Source of the DNA: an uncultured cyanobacterium
GTDB lineage: Bacteria; Cyanobacteriota; Cyanobacteriia; Phormidesmidales; Phormidesmidaceae
Direction: 5' to 3'
NCBI GenBank assembly: GCA_963793265.1
Contig: CAWBZI010000006.1
Coordinates: forward strand, 480,001-544,000
DNA: 64,000 bases
This document shows, in pieces, positions 10,141-21,117 of the stretch. Each line of letters begins with the position of its first letter. The first letter of the stretch is position 1. Both the position numbers and the translations under genes were made by a program. The notes beneath the pieces were generated by a model that saw only the letters and a program-made list of their open reading frames with translations, had not been told where the DNA came from and ran no database searches.

Positions 10141-11039
10141 GTGGTTAGCAGCGAAGTATCGGTAGTGAAGTATCTAGCAGTAAAGATCAAGCTGAAATTG
10201 ATCGGCTCATAAGCTACGTAGATGAACAGATAGAGCTACTAGCTTTTGACAGTCCCGAGCCTGATCTGCTTCGGCAAATGGTAGATGGACTGGCTGATTC
10301 TAGGCGGCAGGTTCGGCTGAGCTTGATAGAGTCGTTTGCTCAAATTGGCGAACCCGCGACGCCTTTTTTACTCAACGGCCTGGCAAATCATCCGAATGCT
10401 GGGGTACGGCGGGCCTGCTGTAATGCGCTGACGAATATTGGTGACCCGATGTCGGTGCTGGGACTGGTGGAAGGACTGCTGCACGATGCTGATATTGGGG
10501 TGAAAAGTGCGGCGGCGGCGGCACTGGCTAAGGTAGGCGCGCCCGCTTTTGATTCGCTGCGAGATGTGCTGGCCTCTGAGCAGGCGAGTGAGAGCTGTAA
10601 GGGCCATGCGGCCTGGGCGATCGCCTCTATGAGTAGTGAGGTGAGCGATCGCCTCTATCGCATCAGCAGCGATCCTTCTCCGGCTGTGAGAACGGCGGCA
10701 ATTGGAGCTTTAGCACAGCTCGCGCAGCAGTCAAAAACGCCGAATGAACAGGCTTTGGGTGCGATCGCTCAGGCTCTAAAAGATCCGTCTTCAGAAGTGC
10801 AAATAGAAGCGGCGGCGAATGTTGCGCGGTTGAGCTATCAGGCAGCCTATGAGCCCTTGATCAACTGCCTTGAGGCGGCTGAAGGCGATGTGCAAAAGGC
10901 GGCGATACGGGCGCTGGCGAAGCTGGGCAATCCTGAAGCAATCGGTGCGATTTCGCGCTTGAGTCAACAAGAAACTGTTGAACTTTCAGTGCAAAAGGCG
11001 GCTGAGCTTGCGATTTCTCAGCTTCGACAAAAAGAATAG
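10141..11039 (+). CDS. CpeF/MpeV/MpeU-like HEAT-repeat bilin lyase paralog (5' end apparently frameshifted)
   Basis: IGEPATPFLLNGLANHPN..VRRAC; homology to the 24086-24985 protein continues upstream of the ATG at 10278 (DRLISYVDEQI..FD..LLRQMV) with no in-frame start; GTG at 10141 is in another frame. Confidence 0.7.
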
Positions 11040-11059
11040 ACATACATAAGGAACGCGCG

Positions 11060-11623
11060 ATGAATGGACTTAGCCAGCGGGCACAGGAACTTATTCCTAA
11101 AGCTCAGATAGTTAGTTTTGAGGGTTGGGATGGTTTGGATGAAGGGGCGATCGCTAAGATCAAAGCCGCTGACGATGAGAAGCGGTATTTGAGTGACGGG
11201 GAGTTGGGGGCGATCGCAACAGATCCCACCAACACAGACGTTGTAAAGCAACTCCGCGACCAGGCCGCTGCAATTGTCGATGAAGCCCGCGCAGGTGTGC
11301 TTCAGTCGTTTCCCGGCATTTTAGAACCCGGTGGCGGTCTGTATCCAGCAGCAAGAGCTGAAGCTTGCTGGCGCGACTTTTGGCATTTTTTACGCTGCAT
11401 CACCTACGGCATCGCTGGCAACAACCCTCAGTTCACCAGTTCAGACGGCCTGATTGCTATGGAGCAGCTTTACGAAGAGCTTCAGGTGCCGCTACCCGCA
11501 ATGGTCAAAGGATTAGAAGGCATTAAAGAAGCTGGCCTAAGTCGGTTCCCCGAGGGAACTCACGACGCCCTATCGCCTTACTTTGATCATTTGATCGGAC
11601 GGATGGCTAGTTTTTTGAAGTGA
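11060..11623 (+). CDS. aplA: allophycocyanin-like protein AplA
   Basis: LIPKAQIVSF, AADDEKRYL, RAEACWRDFWHFLRCITYG. Confidence 0.85.
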   Translation: MNGLSQRAQELIPKAQIVSFEGWDGLDEGAIAKIKAADDEKRYLSDGELGAIATDPTNTDVVKQLRDQAAAIVDEARAGVLQSFPGILEPGGGLYPAARAEACWRDFWHFLRCITYGIAGNNPQFTSSDGLIAMEQLYEELQVPLPAMVKGLEGIKEAGLSRFPEGTHDALSPYFDHLIGRMASFLK

Positions 11624-11932
11624 ACGATCGTTGCTACTAACCAGTTTTCAAAGCAACATTCTATAAACTTTTGCAACAAAAACAGTCGATAATTATGACG
11701 CAAATAAACCGAGATAATACTTGCTTTAAAGTTCTGATTTGCCACTGAAGCCGTGTGTTATCAGCGGTTTTACTCCCACAACAAAAATACAATTCTAGAA
11801 AGTGCTATTCACAAAACTTGACAAAAAACGGCCCCTTTTCCAGACAAAATGAGAACACGCAAGCAATGTTTACCAACAGCTTGCAGAGATTTATGTCTTA
11901 AGACAACTGTTGTTAACTAGGAGATAGCATCC

Positions 11933-12806
11933 ATGGCTTTCGGACCAGCATCGCGATTGGGCGTCAGTCTTTTTGAAGAAACGCCTCCCGTCGAGTGGGT
12001 TCCCGGTCTATCGTCTGATGACAGCGAAGATATTATCAACGCTGTCTATCGTCAGGTATTAGGGAACGCCTACGTCATGGAGAGTGAGCGGCTCACTGTT
12101 CCCGAATCTCAGTTTAAGCTTGGCGACTATAGCGTTCGTGAATTTGTTCGCGCCGTAGCCAAATCTGATCTGTACCGCACTCGTTTCTTTGAGAGCTGCC
12201 CCCGCTACCGCTACACCGAGCTAAACTTCCGTCATCTATTGGGCCGTGCGCCTAACAGCTACGACGAAATGAAGTTTCACAGCAACGTGCTCGACGCGGA
12301 AGGCTTTGAAGCAGACATCGATACCTACATCGATAGCGATGAGTATCAAAATACGTTTGGCGAAAACATTGTTCCTTACATTCGCGGCTACAAGAGCGAA
12401 GGGTCTGAGAACATGATCGAGTTCACCCACATGTTTGAACTCGTACGCGGCGCTTCTAGCAGCTCGCTTAAAGGCAGCACTTCTGGCAACTCACCTCGCC
12501 TCAACAGCCTGGTAATCAATGCGATTCCAACGGCTGTCAAAGCACCTTCTGGTGGTTCTGACGGCTGGGCCTTCAGCGAGCCACCAACGTCTGCACCAAC
12601 TCGCGTGGGTGCTGGGATTGGCGATCGCGGCAAGGTATACCGCATTGAGGTGACCTCTATTCGCGCTAATACAGTGCGCAAGGCATCTTCACGGTTCCGC
12701 CGAGCGAATCAGGTCTATTTGGTACCTTACGAGAAAGCTCTCTCAAGAGTACCAGCGCATTCACAAAGCAGGCGGCGTCATTGCCAGCATCACTGCGATT
12801 GACTAG
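11933..12806 (+). CDS. cpeC: phycoerythrin rod linker CpeC (1-bp frameshift near 3' end)
   Basis: MAFGPASRLGVSLFEET, PBS linker domain; removing one A at 12734-12736 restores KLSQEYQRIHKAGGVIASIT..*. Confidence 0.9.
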
Positions 12807-12924
12807 CGCGTAAAGAATTAAGGCGAGTGGCTACGCGCGTGTTGAGACGTCAGTAGCTACTCGCCTTTGCTGTGTTGTTTGTTTAAAGACTGTTTGTTTA
12901 AGACTGGATTTTAAGGAGAACCCC

Positions 12925-13665
12925 ATGTCAGACTACACGTACGAACTTTGGCCTACTAGCTCCAAAGAAGATATTCAGACGATTATTCGCGCCGTTTACA
13001 ATCAGGTGTTAGGCAACCCTCACGTGATGGAAAGCGAGCGTCTGGTCACCGCTGAGTCTCAGCTAAATGATGGATCGCTCTCAGTTCGCGAATTTGTGCG
13101 GGCGGTTGCTAAATCTGACTTTTACAAGGCTCGCTATTTTGAAAGCTGTGCGCCCTATCGCTTTGTAGAGCTGAACTTTCAGCACATTTTAGGCCGTGCG
13201 CCTGAGTCTCAAGCGGAGGCTTCTGAGCACATCCGCCGCTGCGCTGAAGCAGGCTATGACGCTGAGATTGATTCTTACGTCGATAGCGAAGAGTATCAAA
13301 ATGCTTTTGGCGAAAACATTGTGCCTTACGCTCGCGATAAGAGCGAAGTAGGTCGTAAGCAGGTTGTTTATAATCGCAACTTTGCGGTGAACCGTGGCCC
13401 TGCTCAAGTCAGCAGCGCGGTAAAGTCTTCTCAGCTTGTGTATGAAGTAGCAACTAATAGCGCTAACAAAATTACTAACGCTAAGGCAACAGCAGGATCT
13501 ACAACCGAGAAGAAGTTCAAGATCCGTACGACAGGCGCTAAGTTCGACAGTCCTCGCCGCGTAAGCACCAATGAGTACATCGTCTCTGCTCAGAAGATGA
13601 CGCCTCAGATTCAGCGCATTCAGCGCAGCGGTGCAAAGATTGTCAGCATTACTGAAATTAAGTAG
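12925..13665 (+). CDS. cpeD: phycoerythrin rod linker CpeD
   Basis: ELWPTSS, VLGNPHVMESERLVTAESQL, KMTPQIQRI..KIVSITE. Confidence 0.88.
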   Translation: MSDYTYELWPTSSKEDIQTIIRAVYNQVLGNPHVMESERLVTAESQLNDGSLSVREFVRAVAKSDFYKARYFESCAPYRFVELNFQHILGRAPESQAEASEHIRRCAEAGYDAEIDSYVDSEEYQNAFGENIVPYARDKSEVGRKQVVYNRNFAVNRGPAQVSSAVKSSQLVYEVATNSANKITNAKATAGSTTEKKFKIRTTGAKFDSPRRVSTNEYIVSAQKMTPQIQRIQRSGAKIVSITEIK

Positions 13666-13697
13666 TCGATAAATCTAGCTATTCAGCTTTTCATTAG

Positions 13698-13792
13698 GGC
13701 TGAAAGTCAGCTACCGATAGTTGCGAGAAATGATTTTGATACAGAAAGTCTTCTTGCAATTCTTTGGTGCTACTGACTTTCAGCTCTTTTTT
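13698..13792 (+). terminator. long stem-loop/terminator after cpeD
   Basis: GCTGAAAGTCAG...CTGACTTTCAGC followed by a T-run. Confidence 0.6.
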
Positions 13793-13971
13793 GTGTTGTT
13801 AAGTTAGTTTGAGAAAGCAAACGTTTTCTCATCGTCAGGTTCACAGTCCGTTTATCTGGAAATAGAAGACTATCACTAAAGCTAATTTTGACTTTGAGGC
13901 ATGGCTGCTTACGCAGTAAGTTTAGAGGGCAAATGGCTAGAGTAATGATGCCAACGAGTGAGGGGCCGAAG

Positions 13972-14502
13972 ATGGATATTGATACGTTTGTAGCGCGTTC
14001 TTTGGGGCGATGGCGATCGCAACGCAGTGCCCATCATCTAGCCTTCGCCCATTTTGAAGAAATTCGCTCGATGATTGAGATTGAACCTTTGGCAAAAGAT
14101 GACGCGGCGGTGATTGCGCTGTGTGAGAGTCAGGGGTTTGATGCAGGTGCGATCGCCTCCCCGTTTAAAATGAGCTGGGAAGGCGAAACCGACTGGGACG
14201 AAGACGAAGTGATGAAAGGGGAAACCATCCTAGTGCCTGTCCCTGATAAAAATGGCACCAACAGCGGCAAGCTACTCCGCGACCAGGGCTACGCTGAAAC
14301 GATCCCAGCAGCCGGACAATACATCATTCATGACGACGGCACCTTTGTGCTCACAACCGGCTATGACCGCGCCGCCGCTGAAGAAAAAATCTGGTTTGCC
14401 AGCGATAACCTTCGTTTTCGAGTGTCCTTAATCAAAACGAGCGATGGCAAAGGCGTTACCACCGCCTCGCTATCTTCTGAAGTCAGAATGGGCATCTCAT
14501 AG
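13972..14502 (+). CDS. cpeS: phycoerythrin lyase CpeS
   Basis: SLGRWRSQRSAHHLAF, LLRDQGYAE, AAEEKIWF; position in cpeCD-STR. Confidence 0.88.
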   Translation: MDIDTFVARSLGRWRSQRSAHHLAFAHFEEIRSMIEIEPLAKDDAAVIALCESQGFDAGAIASPFKMSWEGETDWDEDEVMKGETILVPVPDKNGTNSGKLLRDQGYAETIPAAGQYIIHDDGTFVLTTGYDRAAAEEKIWFASDNLRFRVSLIKTSDGKGVTTASLSSEVRMGIS

Positions 14503-14596
14503 ATAGTGATAAAGGACGCGATCGTTCAGCCATCCGTCTTACAAGATCGATTTCTTTCTCTACAATTCCATATATACCCCTTCTTCTTTCACCCGC

Positions 14597-15268
14597 ATGA
14601 CTGCGCCTACCGCTGCCTCTGTTATCGCTGATCAGCCCGTCAGCCAAAACTTCCTCACGCTCATTAACTGGATGGCGGGAGACTTCAGCAACTATCAGCA
14701 GTCCCACGCCCATCCCACCGACTTCGCTCACATCCGCATATTTTTTAGACCCTTGCCCTTTGAGTTCTTTGAAGCGTTAGGTTTTCCAGGCGGCATCGGC
14801 TTTTACTCCGAGCAGGTATACGACTACGACCTGTGGAGCCCATACCGTCAGGGCCTGCATCGCGTTATCGATCGCGGTGACGAAGGTGTTTATATAGAGA
14901 ACTATGGCTTCAAAGACGGTGTGCCCTACGCAGGATCTGGTCATAATCTAGACGTATTAAAAACGATCCCGCCAGAGGTTGCGATTCGGCGGACGGGCTG
15001 CTCAATGGTGTTCAAACGCGAGCAAACAGACGAGATCGATCAGTTTATTGGTGGCGTAGAGCCCGGCGGCAAGTGTTTGATTCCGCGTAAAGGGAAAAGG
15101 ACTTATTTGGTGAGCCGAGTAGAGCTAACTGATAAAACGTGGGTGAGCTTGGATCAGGGCATGGACGTAGAGACAGGTGAGCACGTTTGGGGATCGACTG
15201 AAGGTGCTTTGCGATTTGAGAAGAAGGCAAGCTTTGCAGATGAATTGCCGATAGACCGGCTGATTTAG
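14597..15268 (+). CDS. cpeT: phycoerythrin lyase CpeT
   Basis: WMAGDFSN, AHIRIFFRPLP, FYSEQVYDY..PYRQG. Confidence 0.88.
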   Translation: MTAPTAASVIADQPVSQNFLTLINWMAGDFSNYQQSHAHPTDFAHIRIFFRPLPFEFFEALGFPGGIGFYSEQVYDYDLWSPYRQGLHRVIDRGDEGVYIENYGFKDGVPYAGSGHNLDVLKTIPPEVAIRRTGCSMVFKREQTDEIDQFIGGVEPGGKCLIPRKGKRTYLVSRVELTDKTWVSLDQGMDVETGEHVWGSTEGALRFEKKASFADELPIDRLI

Positions 15269-15270
15269 AG

Positions 15271-15576
15271 ATGTTGCCACCTCCCGCCAAAAAGAAAATG
15301 CAGGCGTGGATTCGCAGCCGTCATCTGATTTGTTCAGGCAACTTTTTTATCTTTGAAACGGTTGAGTTTTCAACGGTAGATAAGTTTCAAGACTGCGTAG
15401 AGTGCTTAGGTGGCACCTTAATTGCTGTGGAGCCGCTGAAGAAAATTTGGATTGGCAACCATCGCCGCGTTGTACTCTATCGGGCGAAAGCGAGTCTGCA
15501 TACGCCGCACCACGAGCTAAACCAATACTGGATCAAGTACGGCAGCTTTCGGACTCGATTCGACGATCGAGAATAG
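15271..15576 (+). CDS. cpeR: phycoerythrin regulator CpeR
   Basis: MLPPPAKKKMQAWIRSRHLICSGNFF, YWIKYGSFRTRF. Confidence 0.92.
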   Translation: MLPPPAKKKMQAWIRSRHLICSGNFFIFETVEFSTVDKFQDCVECLGGTLIAVEPLKKIWIGNHRRVVLYRAKASLHTPHHELNQYWIKYGSFRTRFDDRE

Positions 15577-15660
15577 CCAAACTTGATACACTTTATCTTA
15601 AGTAAGCGGCGTTCACTCAATGGCGTCAGCGATCGCTCTATTCCTTCAAGCCTTTTTCTC

Positions 15661-16245
15661 ATGACTCACCCGACTGACGTGGTAAAGCTGACTAGATGGA
15701 TGGCCGCTGATTTTAGCAATCAGCCCCAGGCAATTGATAATCCGCCTTTCTTTGCCCATATCCAGGTGTGTATGCGGCCTTTGCCAAAGGGCTTTCAGTC
15801 GGGAATCAGCCTATTTTTGGAGCAGGCTTATAACTATCAGCTACACCTGCCTTACCGAGTGCGGGTGCTGCACTTTATTCAGCGCGAGGAAGATGTGCTG
15901 CTAGAGAACTATAAGGTAAAGAATGAGGAGAAATTTTATGGGGCGGGGCGCGATCGCCAAAAGCTGCTCACCCTCACTCCAGACGATCTAGAGCCCATGG
16001 ACGGCTGTGACATCATTGTGAACTGGACAGACAATAGCTTTCGCGGCAAAGTAGAGCCGGGCAAAAAGTGTATGGTCGTCCGCAAAGGCATGAATACCTA
16101 CCTAGACAACGAGTTCATCGTCACCGAAGACCACATGACCAGCTACGACCGAGGCCGCGATCCTGACACCGACGAGCTGCTGTGGGGCTCACTCGCCGGG
16201 CCGTTTGAATTCGATAAGCTAGAGCGCTTCGATGGTGAGATATAG
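15661..16245 (+). CDS. cpcT: phycocyanin beta-153 lyase CpcT
   Basis: MTHPTD..RWMAADFSNQ.QA..NPPFFAHI.VCMRPL. Confidence 0.88.
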   Translation: MTHPTDVVKLTRWMAADFSNQPQAIDNPPFFAHIQVCMRPLPKGFQSGISLFLEQAYNYQLHLPYRVRVLHFIQREEDVLLENYKVKNEEKFYGAGRDRQKLLTLTPDDLEPMDGCDIIVNWTDNSFRGKVEPGKKCMVVRKGMNTYLDNEFIVTEDHMTSYDRGRDPDTDELLWGSLAGPFEFDKLERFDGEI

Positions 16246-16357
16246 CAAACGTGCGGATGCATTCGTACGTTTGCGCGACACTTAGCCCGCAGTGCAGAAC
16301 GGTTCTAGCAGTTGCTAGTGTAGTGAGCTAAGTGACCAAAGCTATAGAGGCTTAACA

Positions 16358-16960
16358 CTACCAGCCGAACGACGAGTACTTAGAGCCAATCTCAAACGCC
16401 TCACGCGCCGCTGCATCGTCTTTCTCTGTTGCAGGTACCGTTTCAACCCGCGACTCCGCACAAAAAGAAGCCGTGCTAAGTCCACCAAAGCGCTTCACTA
16501 CACTTGTCCGCACCCGCAAATCAGGACTCGGAAACCAAAACCGCTCGACCGAACTCATCGTTTCGTAGTCAGTCGTCAGCACCAGGCCATTTTCCGAATC
16601 CATCTCATAGCGCCCAATCACCGGCACAATCTCAGCGTAGCCCCGCTCCCTGAGCAAATTTCCTGTCTGCGGATTGTCTTCATCCGGCACCAGCGCAAAC
16701 ACCGTCTCGCCCTTGTGATTTTCGCCTTCTTTATCCCAGGCCATTTCACCGTTCCACTGCACATAAGCACCGCCCACAGCCGTCGCCGGATCAACCTCGT
16801 GCATATTGCAAATAGCGATGACCTTTTCGTTATCAGCAGGCAGCGCCTCTACTGAAATATTTGAGCCGCCCAGCTCTGCTCTACGAAAAGGGAGGTGGTG
16901 CGTGGTGCGCTGCGAAAGCCACTGCCCGCCACTTGCCTGAAAAAATTCCATTACGTTCAT
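16358..16960 (-). CDS. cpcS: phycocyanobilin lyase CpcS (CpcS-I type)
   Basis: THHLPFRRAE.GGSNI, LLRERGYAEIVPV, RTSVVKRFGG, C-terminal GW. Confidence 0.85.
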   Translation of the reverse strand: MNVMEFFQASGGQWLSQRTTHHLPFRRAELGGSNISVEALPADNEKVIAICNMHEVDPATAVGGAYVQWNGEMAWDKEGENHKGETVFALVPDEDNPQTGNLLRERGYAEIVPVIGRYEMDSENGLVLTTDYETMSSVERFWFPSPDLRVRTSVVKRFGGLSTASFCAESRVETVPATEKDDAAAREAFEIGSKYSSFGW

Positions 16961-17358
16961 AGCGACTTCTCTTGACCTTTTTAAAAACTGTAGTTGACAC
17001 TCTTGATACCGAAGAGTGCTGCATTCTATCCCTACTATAGCGCTCAAGCTATGCCCTATAAGCGCTGAGCCGTGGTATCTCGGGGCCTTTTTGAACGACT
17101 TGAAGCAACCTGCCGCGAACCCCTTCTTTAGTGGGATGCCTAGCGGCCCCTTTTCCCCTCTTCTGGTTGATACCGGCGCTGAGAAGCGATCGTTAGAATA
17201 CTGCCATCACTCGTAAATAGGCTTATTTACTTAGTAGATCTACTGAACTTTGAGTGATTTGGCAAACGCAAAAGCCTTGCCAAAAGCTATGAAACTAAGT
17301 CATAGCAATAGTTTTGGAGCATTGATGCTATACTGGCCATTCAACAAAATTAATTTAA

Positions 17359-17401
17359 GTAACACTTGTTACTGAACTTATTTACAAAGCGGCGTTAGTA
17401 T
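17359..17401 (+). promoter_or_regulatory. NtcA-activated promoter upstream of nblA
   Basis: GTA-ACACTTGT-TAC (17359-17372) followed 23 nt later by TAGTAT (TAN3T). Confidence 0.75.
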
Positions 17402-17590
17402 GCATTAAAGTTGAAACTCATTAATTTGAAGCTTGACTACTCAAGTCCTGATTCAAGTTAAAGGAGCGCTTCGAACTTTAGAGTTCAATTGCCTTATCGG
17501 TAATTCAGCTCAAAGATTCAAACTTCACACGGTCTTGTTTTTAACCTTGGCAAGATCTTCCCCAACCTTATTCAGAGGAAAGACACCATT

Positions 17591-17776
17591 ATGAGCAAAT
17601 CAGGCAAAGATACGATGCCCGGCAACCTCAGTCTGGAGCAGCAGTTCAAGTTAAAAATCGTTCAAGATCAGGTCAGTGGCCTGAGCTTGGAGCAAGCCCA
17701 GCAGTACGTCGTTGAAGTTATGCGACAGATGATGGTAAAAGACAACCTCGTTAAGCATCTGCTAAAGAATGCGTAA
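17591..17776 (+). CDS. nblA: phycobilisome degradation protein NblA
   Basis: LSLEQQF..V..LSLEQAQ..RQMMVKDN. Confidence 0.93.
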   Translation: MSKSGKDTMPGNLSLEQQFKLKIVQDQVSGLSLEQAQQYVVEVMRQMMVKDNLVKHLLKNA

Positions 17777-17818
17777 CGGCCCCTTTTGCTATTCCTAACA
17801 ACCAAACTAGATATACCC

Positions 17819-17856
17819 AAGCCGGACTAATCGTCAACGATTAGCTCGGCTTTTTT
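17819..17856 (+). terminator. intrinsic terminator after nblA
   Basis: GCCGGACTAATCG-TCAA-CGATTAGCTCGGC followed by TTTTTT. Confidence 0.75.
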
Positions 17857-17995
17857 GTTTAAGAAATGCTACGGAATGATGCAGTTGATAACGATACAAC
17901 CGCTTTTGTGATATCGCTACATCCCTCTCATAACACGGTTGCTAGCGCTTTTTTCTAGCTTTGTAACGGATTATTGCTTTGTTTTTCATAAATAG

Positions 17996-18628
<633 letters not shown>

Positions 18629-18711
18629 GTCCTTAACGGATGAACGGATTTGAAGCTTAGACCACACCGACTTTTTTGAGTTGACCGATCAAACATCATT
18701 TGGAGAATTAA

Positions 18712-19209
<498 letters not shown>

Positions 19210-19264
19210 CTGGCATAGATGAGTTGCTAGGCTAGCACTGCTAGTTTAGTCGTAGAAAAACTTG

Positions 19265-19314
19265 AAGGCTCCTAGCTGATACCTTGTTCGCAGGGCTTTG
19301 CTAGGGGCTTTTTT
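19265..19314 (+). terminator. terminator after cpeBA
   Basis: AAGGCTCCTAGC...GCTAGGGGCTT followed by a T-run. Confidence 0.65.
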
Positions 19315-19359
19315 GTTTGGTTTTTCGTTACCCCTATCTAAACGCTATCTTCCAAAGTC

Positions 19360-19989
19360 ATGGCTACCGATTCCATTTTTGAGCAGCTTCGGCACCCCAA
19401 TCCTCAAATGCGCCAGAGGGCCTTAAGAGAAATTGTAGATACTCGCGATGAGAACACCATTCCCCGGCTGATGTCAGCGCTCAGTGAAGAAGACGTGGTG
19501 TATCGCCGGGCATGTGTGAAAACGTTGGGCGCAATTGGGATGGATTCAATTCCGGCGGTGGCTGAGCAGATGCTTAATAGTGAGAATGATACGGTCAGGG
19601 CGAGCTGTACGAAGGCAATGGCTCAAATTGCGGTGAACCATCCCGACGAGGCGTTTCCAGCAAAGGGAATGGCGGCTTTGCGTAAGGCATTAGAAGACCC
19701 TTATCCGGTGGTGCAGATTGCCTCGGTGATGTCTTTGGGCGAAATTGGTTTGCCTGCGGTGGATACGCTGCTGGATGTGCTGAAGACGACTGATAATGTA
19801 GCGATCGCGCTAACTATTACAAACACACTGGGCTCTATTGGTGACCCTCGGGCTGTAGCGGTGCTGCGTGAGCTGATTGCAGATGAGTCGGTAGATAGTT
19901 ACGTACGCGAGACGGCCCAAAGTGCGCTGCCTCGGCTAGAGCAGATGGTGCAACTGGATAATTTAAAAGGACGCGATCGGAGTGAATAA
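19360..19989 (+). CDS. cpeZ: phycoerythrin lyase chaperone CpeZ
   Basis: LRHPNP, EEDVVYRRACVK.LG.IG, D.YVRETA..AL.RLE. Confidence 0.85.
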   Translation: MATDSIFEQLRHPNPQMRQRALREIVDTRDENTIPRLMSALSEEDVVYRRACVKTLGAIGMDSIPAVAEQMLNSENDTVRASCTKAMAQIAVNHPDEAFPAKGMAALRKALEDPYPVVQIASVMSLGEIGLPAVDTLLDVLKTTDNVAIALTITNTLGSIGDPRAVAVLRELIADESVDSYVRETAQSALPRLEQMVQLDNLKGRDRSE

Positions 19990-19992
19990 ATA

Positions 19993-20790
19993 CTATGCAG
20001 CGATTAGCCCTATCAAGTCCGAAGTCCAAATGCCGGGTGCAAGCTTCAGCCTATTCGAGTATCTATCAGGATACTGAGAGTGTTTCTGAAACCCTTCCGC
20101 TTTAGCATACAAGAAATTCCACTCCATAGTTCTAGAGAAAAGACACGCAGCTACAATATCTATCTCGCCTACTCTGTAGTACCTATTTCTGCGAGTACCC
20201 CCTTCTTCATCGGTTGAGTTGCGAGTTCTTTGAAAGTCAATCGTCAGCGGAAATGCTTCAAACTGCGCTACGAATTCAGCGTCGGACAGTTGCCCTATCT
20301 GGGATTGCTGAATGCTTGAAGCGCTGTATTGATATTTTGCTAACCCAGACTCTCGGTACTCTTGAGGAACTTTTTTAAAGACAGTTGCTAGCTCAGATGA
20401 CGATAGCTCCTGAAGAGACGAAGCAGACGCGCCTATCTCATTGAGAGCAGCATCTATGAATAGACGGGTCAAATAACCTTCTTCAACAAGATATTCTACA
20501 TAGGACGCTCTCATCTTTTTATTCGATGTCTTTATGACTTCAACATTCTTGCATTCCAAGGTTATTGACGTTGAGCCTAATCTAATTATAAAGTCTTTTT
20601 CCATATCCCCTGAAGCGCTTTGATACTCATCTATCCTTCCGCTTTCACGTAAGTTATCCAGCGTTTTCTCAAGATGCTTTTCGGCTACAGCACCCCGCAC
20701 AGCCATGTACGCTCTAGGATTATTCTGAAACACTTCAGATAGTTCTTGTGACGTCAAACCTGTCGCTTGATAGAGACTAAACGACATCAA
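19993..20790 (-). CDS. putative type II restriction endonuclease (PD-(D/E)xK)
   Basis: G.VAE, KDF...LECKN nuclease core; overlaps C gene, adjacent to a C5 MTase. Confidence 0.7.
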   Translation of the reverse strand: MMSFSLYQATGLTSQELSEVFQNNPRAYMAVRGAVAEKHLEKTLDNLRESGRIDEYQSASGDMEKDFIIRLGSTSITLECKNVEVIKTSNKKMRASYVEYLVEEGYLTRLFIDAALNEIGASASSLQELSSSELATVFKKVPQEYRESGLAKYQYSASSIQQSQIGQLSDAEFVAQFEAFPLTIDFQRTRNSTDEEGGTRRNRYYRVGEIDIVAACLFSRTMEWNFLYAKAEGFQKHSQYPDRYSNRLKLAPGIWTSDLIGLIAA

Positions 20791-21026
20791 GATCCCTGCC
20801 TGTGGTGCACCAAAAGATCAGATATTGAGCAGTCGAGAGACTGACAAAGCGTATCTAATACTGCGAGCGTTGTGTTGTAATCAGGACGTGAACCAATAGC
20901 CTCAAGTGTCGCCTTAGAAATGCCTGTCATCTCTGCCAACTGCTGATAGGTCAGCCTTTTACCGATTTTCTGACTATAGGAAGCCATCACTGCCCTTAGT
21001 TTTACCTCTATCACTTGTATTCTCAA
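20787..21026 (-). CDS. XRE-family HTH regulator (R-M controller-like)
   Basis: LTYQQLAEMTGISKATL..I, LC..LDCSISDLL; co-oriented with and upstream of the nuclease. Confidence 0.8.
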   Translation of the reverse strand: MRIQVIEVKLRAVMASYSQKIGKRLTYQQLAEMTGISKATLEAIGSRPDYNTTLAVLDTLCQSLDCSISDLLVHHRQGS

Positions 21027-21117
21027 TACAATTTTGCTATAGTCAATACAAGCATTGCCTGCATTGAGGTCTTTGATCTAGTAGGCAGCTTATTCTAAAG
21101 CAATTTGACTGTGCATA

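Noticed and set aside
11809..11826. chromatic acclimation L-box/G-box upstream of cpeC (TTCACAAAACTTGACAAA)
   Set aside because: Does not match TTGCACA-N4-TTGCACA; the 10-bp period is at best a weak HLR1/RpaB-like repeat, too degenerate to call
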